Positions 23,901-37,088 of a stretch of DNA of 64,000 nucleotides are shown here, one piece after another (the first letter of the stretch is position 1; each line of letters begins with the position of its first letter). Location of the stretch: contig NW_003314345.1 in NCBI RefSeq assembly GCF_000143415.4, positions 700,574 to 764,573 on the forward strand, written 5' to 3'. The DNA is from Selaginella moellendorffii (Eukaryota > Plantae > Lycopodiophyta). The notes below the pieces were generated by a model. That model worked only from the letters and a program-made list of their open reading frames with translations. It was not told the DNA's origin and searched no databases. The translations under genes and the position numbers were made by a program.

Positions 23901-24429
23901 CATCATTTGCATAGTCCAGGCTCATGCTGCGTCAGCTCCAGGGTAGAAGCAGCCATGACCTATTGCACTCTTGATGAGCATCTCAACTTCTCTATCATGG
24001 TATCAGTGATCTTCATACTTTGATCAACTATAAGTGATTCCTATGGAGATACGACGAGCCACGCTGCCTCTTTTATCTTGGAGCAGCATCTCATCCCTCT
24101 CTCATAACTATTGTGTCAGGAACTAAACCGCTGGATCTGCAGAACTCTCTGACTGGCAAATCAGAAACAAGTATCTATCCACAATTGGAACTGGCCTGGG
24201 CGAGCAGTACATTTAGACGACTCAAATGATGGAACCGGGCATTTTTTACACTTGACCCCAATCATTAAAGACATCCATTATTTTGAAAAGCCATCCAAAA
24301 TATGCTTCAACTTAAGTTCATTTGCCCATGTGTCTGCAAAATATTCTTATGAATTCTTCCAAGAAATATTTAATGGGGCAGGCTAGGTAAATCCAAGGTA
24401 CTTGCTAAACTAACTAATTAAGCTAAGTG

Positions 24430-24839
24430 CCTGTTGTGCAGGATGATTTGGGGCTACCATGTTTCCACTAGTTAACTGCAAGCCACCCTAGAATTGGCAG
24501 AATAGGGGCTCTAAAGCACCAAATAAGGTGCAATTGCCCCCTGTGAATTCTAGCATTCAGAATTGCACCTGCAAATTCTCCACCTACCTTGACAATGATC
24601 TAATGCCGGCACTAGTGATAGCCAAGAGACTGCTGATGTCCACCATGATCTCCACCGCAATCGATTAAATCATCCAGTTACCTAAGAGAAAATATTGGAA
24701 GCAGGTCCACTCCAAAACATTAGGGATTGCAATACCTCTTGGGATTCTTCCAAGTAGCCACTAGTGTTGGTGTGTTAGCTCCACTCTAAAATCTATTGCT
24801 ATGACTATGATTTCTTCACTGTTTTCATGGTATCAGAGC
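24430..24839 (+). mobile_element. LTR-end with perfect tRNA-iMet PBS
   Basis: ..ttttCA then TGGTATCAGAGC at 24828-24839. A second CA-TGGTATCAG occurs at 23998. LTR start uncertain. Confidence 0.5.
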
Positions 24840-25319
24840 AATTGGCTCCTTGATCTTGGGCATGGCACTTGCTGGTGAGGAGGCCAGTGACGAAGAAGAG
24901 GATGAGCTTCTTGATTGCAATCCTTTTTTGCCATACTTAAAATTTTTGTTAGATGCACTAGATGCTTTAGAGCTGTTGAACAAGTAGCAGTAAGAAAGAT
25001 AATGGGAGATTGAGAGATTTAACAACCTATATCAAGAATTGGGTCAAAATTCAAGAACATTTTATAACAATTCTTTGTAGGAATTTCCAACAATTAGAAA
25101 AATGTTTATGGAGATTCAAGTACCTGGTAGTAGCAAGAAACCAAGACCATATACTAATGGCAAGATTGAAGCCTTAACAAAGAGCAAGAGTGTGTGTAAA
25201 CAAGGCCAAGACCAAGAATTAAATTTGGGTATTTGATTGAAGACTAAGTAAGCACAATTATTTAAGCTTGAGTGTTAATGATGAATACAGTTTCCATGTA
25301 TATACACCATCCATATATA

Positions 25320-25655
25320 GTATGTCGTTTTGTGGTTTTGTTTGCCTTGGCCTCTTTGGCTGTGCACCTGTTTCCTCATTTTGTGGCTATGGCCGAGTAC
25401 TGACAGTTTATATTTCTGTTTCAGCAACCATAGTGGTAAGCACTTGCTTTTGTCTGTCTGGCTTTGCTAATGAGTTCTTTTTGGATCAGGTTGTGTTGTA
25501 GTGTCCAAGTTGCTGGATATATATGGAGAAAAACTGCAGTGCGCAAGTGCCAACCTGCAAATTGCCTCTTCTGGACAACAGTGGTTTATGTACGGACTTG
25601 GGAGAATATTTTACTTTGGTCAGAAGGGAGGAGACGATTCAACATCTCATGGATG
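25320..25655 (+). pseudogene. Short fragment of Crinkler-like family B gene (introns 1-2 and start of exon 3)
   Basis: SKLLDIYGEKLQ..VPTCKLPLLDNSGLCTDLGEYFTLVRREETIQHLM matches 27053-27230. Confidence 0.85.
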
Positions 25656-25917
25656 TATATGGAGATTCTTATCTTTCTTATATAAAGTTAATCTCTAATA
25701 GTTATTATTTTACTTCTGTATATAGTTCATGACTCTATATACAAAAAATATTTGTAAATATTGGTCAAGATATGTTGACAGGCTGACAGCCTTGCGCAAA
25801 CGGCCCAGCTTGGTCAACATGTGAGACTTATCTAAGCCCAGCTCACGTTCTTTATTGACGAGTGAACAATCCAACATTTAGTGAATTATGCTTCACATTT
25901 GTCAAAATAATGGGCAA

Positions 25918-28900
25918 GATCCATGAAAGAGTTGAATATATCTATTGTCAAGAGAAGAAGGTTGCAAAATGATGTTATAACCCATGTGTACAAGTCCCAC
26001 ACTGAATCAAAACCATGAAAGAAGAAGTGCACGGAAGCAAAACAATGGACAAGGATGACTCTAAAGATAGTCAAATATAACATCATAACCAAATATACAT
26101 GATCAAGAGACATGCCTCTAGCCTGGGACTACTGCCATCTAAGATCATGTCATAGAGAGCGTATACCTCAACAAACCACTCTTAACATCCAATCCCCCTC
26201 CAGTCTTAAGAGCCAGGTCAGAGCGGGAGACCCACTCAAGCTCCTGTCTCGCAGCTTGTCCCGTACTAGACCGTGACGAGCTGTTGCTTAACCGGAGGTG
26301 GCTCCTTATGGTGGAGCTTGATGTGGAACATGCGGCCTGTAAACTCCCTAGAAAGCAGAGCTCCTTCCGTTCCGTTGAGGTTGGCGAACCCGTTTCCAGC
26401 CCCAACCTGTGGCTCTTTGGGCCGCTAATCGCTGATATATAGTTTACAGGGGCGTCACTACCTTTCCCTCAAGCACACTACGCTCCAGGTCGACCACCAC
26501 AGTATCAAGAGAAACAGCATCCTTTCGTTCCTTCAGGTAGCTTAAGTTCCCAAAGGGAGACTTGGGGAAAGGCATATTTTAGGACATCGTAATAAGAAGT
26601 TTTTTGGGCCCGCAGAGCCGAGGGTTAACAATGTCTGCATCCATTGCAAGGCAAATTGAAGCACTCGAGGAGAAAATCGAAGCACTCGAGCAGCAAATCG
26701 AAGCATTCAAGAAGCTAATTGAAGAGGCAAAAGATCCAGGGGAGAGGGAGGAGCTGCGGGACGAGAGGCAGCAGCTGCAGGACGAGAGGGAGCAGCTGCA
26801 GGATAGACAGCATCAGCTGTGGGAAGCCTTGTTGAACCAGAGTAAGTGGTCTATCTCGTTTCGTGGTTTTGTTGCCCTTTGTGGGCTGGCGTTTGCCTGT
26901 TTCCTCGTTTTGTGGCTATGTATTTGCCTATTTGTTACATTTCTGTTTCAGCCACCCCGGCGGCGATAACACTTCAAGCTGCGCCAGGTAAGCAGTCGCT
27001 CTTGTCTGTCTGGCTTGCTAAAGAGTTCGTTTTGGATCGGTTTGTGTTGTAGTGTCCAAGTTGCTGGATGTATACGGAGAAAAACTGCAGCGCGCAAGGT
27101 GTTTTCACCGGATGCCTGAGAAGAGGGTGCCAACCTGCAAGTTGCCTCTGGACAGCGGTGGTTTATGTACGGACTTGGGAGAATATTTTACTTTGGTCGG
27201 AAGGGAGGAGACGATTCAGCATCTGATGGCAGCCGCTGCAAGGGTGTTTGGAACTTTCATGAACACGACGGCCAATGCCTCGGATATTGAACAAAGAGAG
27301 TTCTTGTTGATGCTCATCGGATTTCCCGGCGCAGGTAAAACAACTGTCGGGACATGCCTCTCAGCTCTTCTCAGAGAAGCGTGGGAGAGGGACACAAAAA
27401 CAGGGGATATAGATGGCCTTGTAGAGGATCAGCTAGGCGACAAAGGGCTTGTGAAGCAGTTCAAAGAAATGGTGAACAACGTGTTGGAGACCGGCAGAGA
27501 ACTTACAATGTATCATTCGGTTGAAACTACGAGGGCAGGGCATGTAACTCCCCTGGAGAACGGCCTGGCGGCAGAACAGGTTTTGGCCCTTCGGTGCTTT
27601 CATGCAGCTCTTTGTCCAGTGAATACTACTGGTTATGGCGGCTTTCTCAGGCAGTTGGATGACAAATTTCCAGGCCTGAGGGATGTGCTGACTTTGGGAG
27701 ATGTGATCGACTTCATTCGAACTGGACTTAAGGTTCCTGCAGATAAGCGAATTTTCCTATCTTGGTTTTTTGATGACGTGAACAAGGCCCAGCCTCAGCA
27801 CGGCGGCCCACCCACATCGTCCTGGATTCATGATGCTTTTTCGGCCTACGTTCAACATATCAAAGACAACCGAGGTGGCCTGACGTTTCCTATACTTACA
27901 GCAGCAACGACCGAATTTGCCGGGGCCACAATGCGCTACACGTCAACGGAGAAGGCTCTAAGTATTTTTATACCTATCAGGCCTTTGAAAGAGCAGGAGG
28001 TGGTCAGAGTTACGAAAATCTTCCTTACAAGACTAGGAAATACTCTGGACATGGAGAAACCATTTGAGCTAAAGGACGGACTAAGGAACCTGATAAAGTT
28101 ATCAGGAGGGAATCCTCGCATGCTTGTTCACCTTTTGAGAGGGTTGATGGCTGACCTGGATGCTTCAAAGTTCTATGAAAAGGTTTCCTTGTCTTTTATC
28201 TTGATGTGATGAGAAAATTTCTATGTTTGTTACAGGTGAATCAAGATCTCACTCAAATCGATCTCCGTAACACAATAACGACCGCCTGGGGTAATATCAA
28301 ACGTGGGTTTTATTATCGGTACCTTAAGGACGGGAAGTATTTGTTGGTGTTACGAGCTTTTTATGTTGCGCTGCTGGGGACCCTGATCAGTCGGGAAGAA
28401 CTAGTCTGGCCAGGTAGCAGATACGAAGATAACTGGGGGTCTTTAGAGTCTTACGGTTTAGTTGGACTCTTACGCAACGAGGTACTATTTTGATATTTCA
28501 GAGTTTATGTCAGAACTTACGCAGTTGTCAATTACAGGAGCTGTCATCTAACAAGAAGATTAAATTATCAAGAGATGAAGATGCTGCTTTCTCCATCATG
28601 TTCTCTCCACTCCTCATTTACCATCTCGTTGAGAACCTACATGTGGCGGAGCTCCAGGATTTGTGTCCATCTAAACTAATCTCTAATCCCAAAAACAAGG
28701 AGGTATCTGATCTGATGTCCATTGTGTTGATGATCTATATGTTGCGGCTTTTTCATGATCATGAGGGGAAGGGAACAGTATTTGAATTTAGACTCCAGGA
28801 AATTCTTCCTTCCAATTTCTGCATTCCTGCAACTATGCAAACTTTGAAGTTCCAGGTGCCAGCTGGTGCAAAGTTTGGACGTCCGACACATCAGCCTCAT

Positions 28901-29895
28901 CAGATATATACAGCAGACGTATTTCAAGCCTTCCTAAGAGACAACAGTCAGCAGTTTTATTGGGTTGGTGTTGGCAACCACGGACCTGATAGCTTCATCC
29001 ATCTGCAGCTGGTGGATGCTGAGAATAAGCTGCAAGATTTCTTTTTATTTATTGAGAGCAAACACAGGTATAAAAAACCTTTATAAAGCTCAATGTAATG
29101 TATTGTGTAACAGGGATGTTTATGAAGGACAGCAAGCCAATTGGGAAGAAAACTTTGAGAAAAAAATATGGACAATAAAGCAATGGATGAATGAAGGTAT
29201 TTATTTTCTAGTTGTGAGAGGTTAATTGTGTGTATTTTCAGGTGAGAATTACGTCATGGTCTTTATGACTGATCAAGCATTGGATAACTTGATTTCCAAA
29301 GTCAAAATATCTGAAAGGATGGTGGTGCTTGTACTAAAGGTTCATGAATGTTTATATGGGTATCCATTTGGTAAATTATTTTAATGCTTTTATTATTAGT
29401 TTTTTATGTTCTATTTGTAGGTTTATTAGGTGCTGCGTGTTTTGATCTCGTCTACAAACCTAGTAATGAGCAAGATGACAGTTTTGATGAAGAGCCCAGC
29501 ACGAAGAGGAGTCGTTGGTGTTTCTAAAATGCTGTTACCACATTTATTCGTTTACCAATAATATTAACACTATGTGACGATTTAGTTCACAAATCTTTAG
29601 AAATTGTTAAATGTTAGATGTAAATTAACATACTGTGGTCATGGCTGGAGAACTGATGTTGTGTGTGTATAAACTATAATGCTTGAGTATGCATAAACAC
29701 CCCATGCGTGCAAAGATTTGTGCTATATTGATGCTATGAAGGAAAATTTGTGTAGTTCTTGTTGGGATGTCCAAGGAACAGATTAATCGGCCTTTTGTGT
29801 GAGGACACAATTTTAAGTAATCGCTACAGATGTAATAAGCTCCCATACCAAGCATTGCCCAGTTGGGCAACAATGTTTAGCACTGGTCTATAGTC
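25918..29895. repeat. Left arm of ~4-kb inverted duplication
   Basis: Highly similar to the reverse complement of 32090-36042 along its length. Confidence 0.92.
26631..29527 (+). CDS. Crinkler-like protein family B copy 1: N-terminal coiled coil, P-loop NTPase, PD-(D/E)xK-like nuclease (~8 exons)
   Basis: Coiled-coil exon 1, GFPGAGKT, WFFDDVN, GGNPRML, GPDSFIHL..LFIESKHR; short GT-AG introns; ends ..STKRSRWCF*. Confidence 0.75.
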
Positions 29896-29969
29896 CCTTT
29901 TTTAATCTACACGTTTAAATACCTCGTACGGACGAGGTACGGTTATAGGGATTAGCATAGATCTTGAGA

Positions 29970-32060
29970 ATGTGGCAGCGCCATCGCAAAGCGGCGAAGC
30001 AGCACAAGAGTGACGCCGTGGATCCGGAATGGAAGCTCCTGCTGTTCTTGCTCTTGGCCGCCGGATTGTGTGGATATCGCATCGGAGGCGTGAGCGAGGA
30101 AGCGGCATGGACGATCGACCTCTTCTCGGTGAGGGATTTAGGGGATTTGTTCTTCTTCTCGGTCGGCTGAGGCTACATTCTGCGCCAGGAATATGATCCT
30201 CCTCGTTTGCAGTACCGCGATCTCGTGGAATCCTTCCGGAAAGAAGAGGTATGTTTGTCTCTCGGGTGTTCCTTCGTTTCCCCAGATGAAAATATTCTCA
30301 CAGGGTAGATTGGAGCGTCCGGGGTTGTGGGATAGGCCCTCGGACAATGGCTGGAAGCGGTGCCCCGAGGATTTTGATCGTTTCTCACGTAAGTTCTTTG
30401 TGACGAGAAATTCGACTCTTTACAGCTTTATCAGGTGTGTAGTGACGACATGGGATCGATCTCGCTACTTTCAAGTTCTTTGCGGAGGGGGCTTGTTTCA
30501 GCTACATATTTGTGTGAGAAATGGTTTTGCCTTTTTCTTTGACGAATCTCTAGTGGCTGGTTTCAGGTCTGCAATGCTGTTGCTGTAGCAAGGCTTCTCA
30601 ATGCTACGCTTGTCATTCCATACTTCAAGCACCATCCGTTCTGGAACGATCCAAGGTCTTTGGTTCTACACTTGTTCTTCGATTTGCTTCTTGTTGTGAA
30701 TTTACTTGTTTTCGTGTATGTTTCAGCCAGTTTGAAGATATTTACGACTTGAACCATTTCATGTCAACCCTGAAAGGCGATGTGAAAATCGTCACAGAGT
30801 TGCCTGCAATGTATAGTTGGAGCACGCCGAGTTTCTACTGGGGACGTTGCTTGGATAGGCCGAATTGTATGACGTTTCTTCCAAAGCACACTACCCCCAA
30901 ATGGTTCTTCCAGCACATTCTCCCGATTATGGAAAGGTAAACGGGATCACTGTTTTTTCGTTTGCATGTTTGTTAACGGTTATTCCAAAACAGATATGAA
31001 GTCGCAGCTGTTGATGGTTTTGAGCACAAACTTACCTTTGAAGGTCTCCCTGCGAGTATCAGCAAGCTGCGATGCAAGGTGAACTTCTACGCCCTGCGCT
31101 TTGTGAAGCCGATCCGGGATCTTGGAGATGCATTGACGCTGCGGATGAGAACCAAAACATTATCAGGCGATCCACTGCGTAACCAGGAAAATTCGACAAA
31201 GAAGTACATCGGTCTTCACGTGAGATTCGAAAGAGACATGCTTGCATATTCTAGTTGTGACTTTGGTGGAGGTCAGGCCGAGCAGAAAGCTCTTGCGTCA
31301 TTTCGATACCAAGTTTGGAGGTATCAGCTTAACATTCCTAACTGTGAAATACTACTTTCTGCTTTTCTGTGTTCCAGTAACCGAGTCATCAAAGCGCTGA
31401 AGAGGCCTTCTGATCTTCGGCGAAATGGAAGCTGTCCTCTAACTCCAGAAGAGATCGGCCTCCTCCTTGCCGCATTCGGCTTTACCGCCACTACGCCCCT
31501 CTATATTGCTGGAAAGGTACATGAACTCCTTGTTCTTTCGTTTTTCGCCGCTAGACTCGTCTTCAAAACAGGCAGTTTATGGGGGACCTCGGAGAATGGA
31601 GCCGCTGAAAAGTCTATTCCCTCTCGTCGAAAACAAGCACTCGCTCGCCACGAGACAGGAGCTGGCGCCTTTCCGGAACTTTGCTCACAAGCTGACGGCC
31701 TTGGACTTCAGGGTGCTCTTCAACAGCGACGTCTATATGTCCAATGCCGCTGGAAATCTTCCAAACGTCCTGGTGAGCAAGTCAGATCGATCTGGGATTA
31801 GTGATTCCTTTCTTCCTCCCTTGCAGACGGGACATAGAAGCTACTTTGGGCCTTACGCATCGGTTCATCCCGACAAAGCTCGCTTAGCAACGCTTCTTTC
31901 GGACGAGAGACACGCGACGAACTGGACGAGCTTTGCGGAGCGGGCTTTCGCGGCGCACGAGTCGCGAATGGGAGCGATCGAGCCGAGGAAATCGAGGTAC
32001 TCCGTTTTCAGGTATCCAGCGCCGGATTGTATGTGTTTGCGATCCAATTCGCGAGATTAG
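29970..32060 (+). CDS. O-fucosyltransferase family protein (GT106/DUF246), multi-exon
   Basis: GGLFQ..CNAVAVARLLNATLVIP, YIGLHVRFERDMLAYSSCDFGGG, RRNGSCPLTPEE, ALDFRVLFNSDVY, PAPDCMC; N-terminal TM segment. Confidence 0.93.
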
Positions 32061-32089
32061 ATCTTTCTAAAGTTCCCAAACTGCAAAAT

Positions 32090-35000
32090 GACTATAGAGC
32101 TAAACATTGTTGCCCAACCTTTGTATGGGAGCCTATTACATCTGTAGCGATTACTTAAAATTGTGTGTCTCACACAAAAGACTGTTCCTTGGACATCCCA
32201 GCAAGAACTACACAAATTTTCCTTCATAGCATCCATATAGCACAAATCTTTGCACGCATGGGGTGTTTATGCATACTCAAGCATTATAGTTTATACACAC
32301 ACAACATCAGTTCTCTAGCCATGACCACATTATGTTAAAACATTTCACAATTTCAAAAGATTTGTGAGCTTTAGCGGGATAAATCGTCACAACAAACGTT
32401 TAATATTATTGGTAAACGAGTAAATATGGTAACAGCATTTTAAAAACACCAACGACTCCTCTTCGTGCTGGGCTCTTCATCAAAACTGTCATCTTGCTCA
32501 TTACTAGGTTTGTAGACGAGATCAAAACACACAGCACCTAATAAACCTACAAATAAAACATAAAAAACTAATAATAAAAGAATTAAAATAACTTACCAAA
32601 TGGACTCTGCGCTGGATACCCATATAAACATTCATGAACCTCTGGCACAAGCACCACCATCCTTTCAGATTTTTTGACTTTGGAAATCAAGTTATCCAAT
32701 GCTTGATCGATCATAAGGACCATGGCGTAATTCTCACCTGAAAATACACACAATAAACCTCCCACAACTAGAAAATAAATACCTTCATTCATCCATTGCT
32801 TTACTGTCCATATTTTTCTCTCAAAGTTGGCTTGCTGCCCTTCATAAACATCCCTGTTATACAGTACATTACATTGAGCTTTATAAAGGTTTTTTATACC
32901 TGTGTTTGCTCTCAATAAATAAAAAGAAATCTTGCAGCTTGTTCTCAGCATCCACCAGCTGCAGATGGATGAAGCTATCAGGTCCATGGTTGCTAACACC
33001 AACCCAATAAAACTGCTGACTGTTGTCTCTTAAGAAGGCCTGAAATACATCTGCTGTATGTATCTGATGCGGCTGATGTGTCGGACGTCCAAACTTTGCA
33101 CCAGCTGGCAGCCGGAACTTCAAAGCTTGCATACTTGCAGGAATGCAGAAATTGGAGGGAAGAATTTCTTCGAGTCTAAACTCGAATACTGTTCCCTTCC
33201 CCTCATGATCATGAAAAAGCCGCAACATATAGATCATCAACACAATGGACATCAGATCAGATACCTCCTTGTTTTTGGGATTAGAGATTAGTTTAGATGG
33301 ACACAAATCCTGGAGCTCCACCACATGTAGGTTCTCGACGAGATGGTAAATGAGGAGTGGAGAGAACATGATGGAGAAAGCAGCATCTTCATCTCTTGAT
33401 AATTTAATCTTCTTGTTAGATGATAGCTCCTGTAATTGACAACCGCATAAGTTCTGACATAAACTCTGAAATATCAAAATAGTACCTCGTTGCGTAAGAG
33501 TCCAACTAAACCGCAAGACTCTAAAGACCCCCAGTTATCTTCGTATCTGCTACCTGGCCAAACCAGTTCTTCCCGACTGATCAGGGTCCCCAGCAGCGCA
33601 ACATAAAAAGCTCGTAACACCAACAAATACTTCTCGTCCTTAAGGTACCGATAATAAAAACCACGTTTGATATTACCCCAGGCGGTCGTTATTGTGTTGC
33701 GGAGATCGATTTGAGTGAGATCTTGATTCACCTGTAACAAACATAGAAATTTTCTCATCACATCAAGATAAAAGACAAGGAAACCTTTTCATAGAACTTC
33801 GAAGCATCCAGGTCAGGCATCAACCCTCTCAAAAGGTGAACAAGCATGCGAGGATTCCCTCCTGATAACTTTATCAGGTTCCTTAGTCCGTCCTTTAGCT
33901 CAAATTGTTTCTCCATGTCCAGAGTATTTCCTAGTCTTGTAAGGAAGATTTTCGTAACTCTGACCACCTCCTGCTCTTTCAAAGGCCTGATAGGTATAAA
34001 AATACTCAGAGCCTTCTCCGTTGATGTGTAGCGCATTGTGGCCCCGGCAAATTCGGTCGTTGCTGCTGTAAGTATAGGAAACGTCAGGCCACCTCGGTTG
34101 TCTTTGATATGTTGAACGTAGGCCGAGAAAGCATCATGAATCCAGGACGATGCGGGTGGGCGGGCGTGCTGAGGCCGGGCCTTGTTGACTTCATCAAAAA
34201 ACCAAGATAGGAAAATTCGCTTATCCGCAGGAACCTTAAGACCAGTTCGAATGAAGTCGATCACATCTCCCAAAGTCAGCACATTCCTCAGGCCTGGAAA
34301 TTTGTCATCCAACTGCCTGAGAAAGCCGCCATAACCGGTAGTATTCACTGGACAAAGAGCTGCATGAAAACACCGAAGGGCCAAAACCTGTTCTGCTGCC
34401 AGGCCGTTCTCCAGGGGAGTTACATGCCCTGCCCTCGTAGTTTCAACCGCATGATACATTGTAAGATCTCTGCCGGTCTCCAACACGTTGTTCACCATTT
34501 CTTTGAACTGCTTCACAAGCCCTTTGTCGCCTAGCTGATCCTCTACAAGGCCATCTATATCCCCTGCTTTTGTGTCCCTCTCCCACGCTTCTCTGAGAAG
34601 AGCTGAGAGGCACGTCCCGACAGCTGTTTTACCTGCGCCGGGAAATCCGATGAGCATCAACAAGAACTCTCTTTGTTCAATATCCGAGGCATTGGCCGTC
34701 GTGTTCATGAAAGTTCCAAACACCCTCGCAGCGGCTGCCATGAGATGCTGAATCGTCTCCTCCCTTCCGACCAAAGTAAAATATTCTCCCAAGTCCGTAC
34801 ATAAACCACCGTTGTCCAGAAGAGGCAACTTGCCGGTTGGCACCCTCTTCTCAGGCATCCGGTGAAAACACCTTGCGCGCTGCAGGTTTTCTCCGTATAC
34901 ATCCAGCAACTTGGACACTACAAACACAAACCGATCCAAAACGAACTCGTTAGCAAGCCAGCGAGTGCTTACCTGGCGCAGCTTGAAGTGTTATCGCCGC

Positions 35001-36042
35001 CGGGGTCGCTGAAACAGAAATGTAACAAATAGGCAAATACATAGCCACAAAACGAGGAAACAGGCGCGCAGCCAAACATAGAGGAGACCAGCCCACAACA
35101 AACAAAACCACGAAACGAGGTAGACCACTTACTCTGGTTCAACAAGGCATCCCACAGCTGCTGCTTTCTATCCCGCAGCTGCTCCCTCTCGTCCTGCAGC
35201 TGCTGCCTCTCGTCCCACAGCTCCTCCCTCTCCTCTGGATCTTTTGCCTCTTCGATTAGCTTCTTGACTGCTTCGATTTGCTGCTCGAGTGCTTCGATTT
35301 TCTCCACGAGTGCTTCAATTCGCCTCGCAATGGATGCAGACATTGTTAACCCTACTCGCCAAATGGCCGAAAAACTTATAAATCACTCTTATTACGATAC
35401 GCTTGTAGTCCTAAGATATGCCTTTCCCCAAGCTACCTGAAGGAACGAAAGGATGCTGGTGGTCGACTTGGAGCATAGCGTGCTTGAGGGAAAGGTGACG
35501 CCCCTGTAAACTATATATCAGTAGCAGCGAAGCTCCTTCCGTTCCGTTGAGGTTGGCGACCCCAAAGGTACACTCTACCTGTGGCTCTTTGGGCCGTTCT
35601 AGGGAGGTTACAGGCTTCCAGCTTCGTCCCGCATGTTCCACATCAAGCTCCACCATAAGGAGCCACCTCCGGTTAAGCAACAGCTCGTCACGGAGCATCT
35701 AGTGCGGAACAAGCTGCGAGACAGGAGCTTGAGTGGGTCTCCCGCTCTGACCTGGCTCTTAAGACTGGAGGGGATTGGATATGAAGAGTGGTTTGTTGAG
35801 GTATACGCTCTCTATGACATGATCCTAGGTGGCAGTAGTGCCACTTCATTGATTGAAGTGTAGGCTAGAGGCATGTCTCTTGATCATGTATATTCGTAGA
35901 GTCATCCTTGTCCATTGTTTTGCTTCCGTGCACTTCTTCTTTCATGGTTTTGATTCAGTGTGGGACTTGTACACATGGGTTATGACATCATTTTGAAACC
36001 TTCTTCTCTTGACAATAGATATATTCAACTCCTTCATGGATC
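32090..36042. repeat. Right arm of ~4-kb inverted duplication
   Basis: Reverse complement of 25918-29895. Confidence 0.92.
32440..35343 (-). CDS. Crinkler-like protein family B copy 2
   Basis: Same exon structure and motifs as copy 1; Walker B WFFDEVN. Confidence 0.75.
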
Positions 36043-37085
36043 GTGCTCGGGCATTGCCAAGAACAAGCTCTTGACCTGGTCGATATGGCTGGGCATAGAA
36101 CGCTAGGACAAAAAACGATGAGTATGGAAAACGCAGTGCGCAACAAAGTTTAGGCAAATAGAAACTTTACCTCATCGGCCAGATGAATCGAAGGCCTCCG
36201 TAATCCAAGAGCATTCCTGGACGAGTTTAGAGAAGAAGGGCATTCCATGTCACGAGATCTCTCGATGGTGCAGATTTGATACAGCAACTCATGCCATCCG
36301 TATTGAATATGATTCTTAAATGCTGTGACCAATATGCCAATGTGCTCGACGTCATCTTTCGTGCTTGCTGTTGGTTTCAGCCACCTCTAAAAGAGTTGCT
36401 AGCACGGCATTACATGTAGTAAGATTTCGCTGGATGCCGGAGAGGAGCTTGATCTCTTGGACATTGAAGCTGACGGCGGCCAGGCAAATTTTTTACACGA
36501 TGCCCGAGTCTCGCGCAGCAATGGTTCACGCAGCACAGGAAGCATCTCGCCCAGCACGGCGGCGACCTCAATCAAGCAGCTCTTCCATTCCCCGTTCACT
36601 ACCTTGCGTGTACTCCTCGCACTTGAGCGGAATGATTTTTAAAGCCGAGCAAGTAAACCAACTGGATCAGCCCAGTCAACCCCCATACTCACTGAAGAAA
36701 GAACCCCAAATCTCATTTCTGTGTAGCACACACACTGTATTACAAAGGGATTGCATATTTTTACACAGGAGACACATTAAAGAGAGGATGAAATCTCAAT
36801 TTCATCCTCTGCACAAGGTTCTTGTATGTAATGAAATGCATAGTACTCACCAGGAGGATCTTGCTGCCTGCCATTCACTGGAGAAATCCATAGTGAGCAA
36901 CCGGATGTAAAAAGAAAAAACCTAGACATACCGTATGGTAACAAGAAGCGTAGAGGATCGCCGATGACGCGATCCTCCGGGTCATCTGCGAAAGAACAGG
37001 TCAGATTAGTTACCTTGCTTGTAAGCCTTACCAATGTCTTGCCATTCCGTGTTCAAGAGCTCCTCCAACATAGAGTCATCGAGCC
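35900..37085 (-). pseudogene. Unidentified spliced gene fragment
   Basis: Minus-strand exons bounded by GTAAGG/GTATGT/GTGAGT/GTAAAG donors and pyrimidine-rich acceptors; internal stops. Confidence 0.35.
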
Positions 37086-37088
37086 GTC

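Noticed and set aside
26631-29527. Classification as a CC-NB-LRR immune receptor
   Set aside because: No NB-ARC GLPL/MHD motifs or LRRs; the C-terminus looks like a PD-(D/E)xK nuclease.
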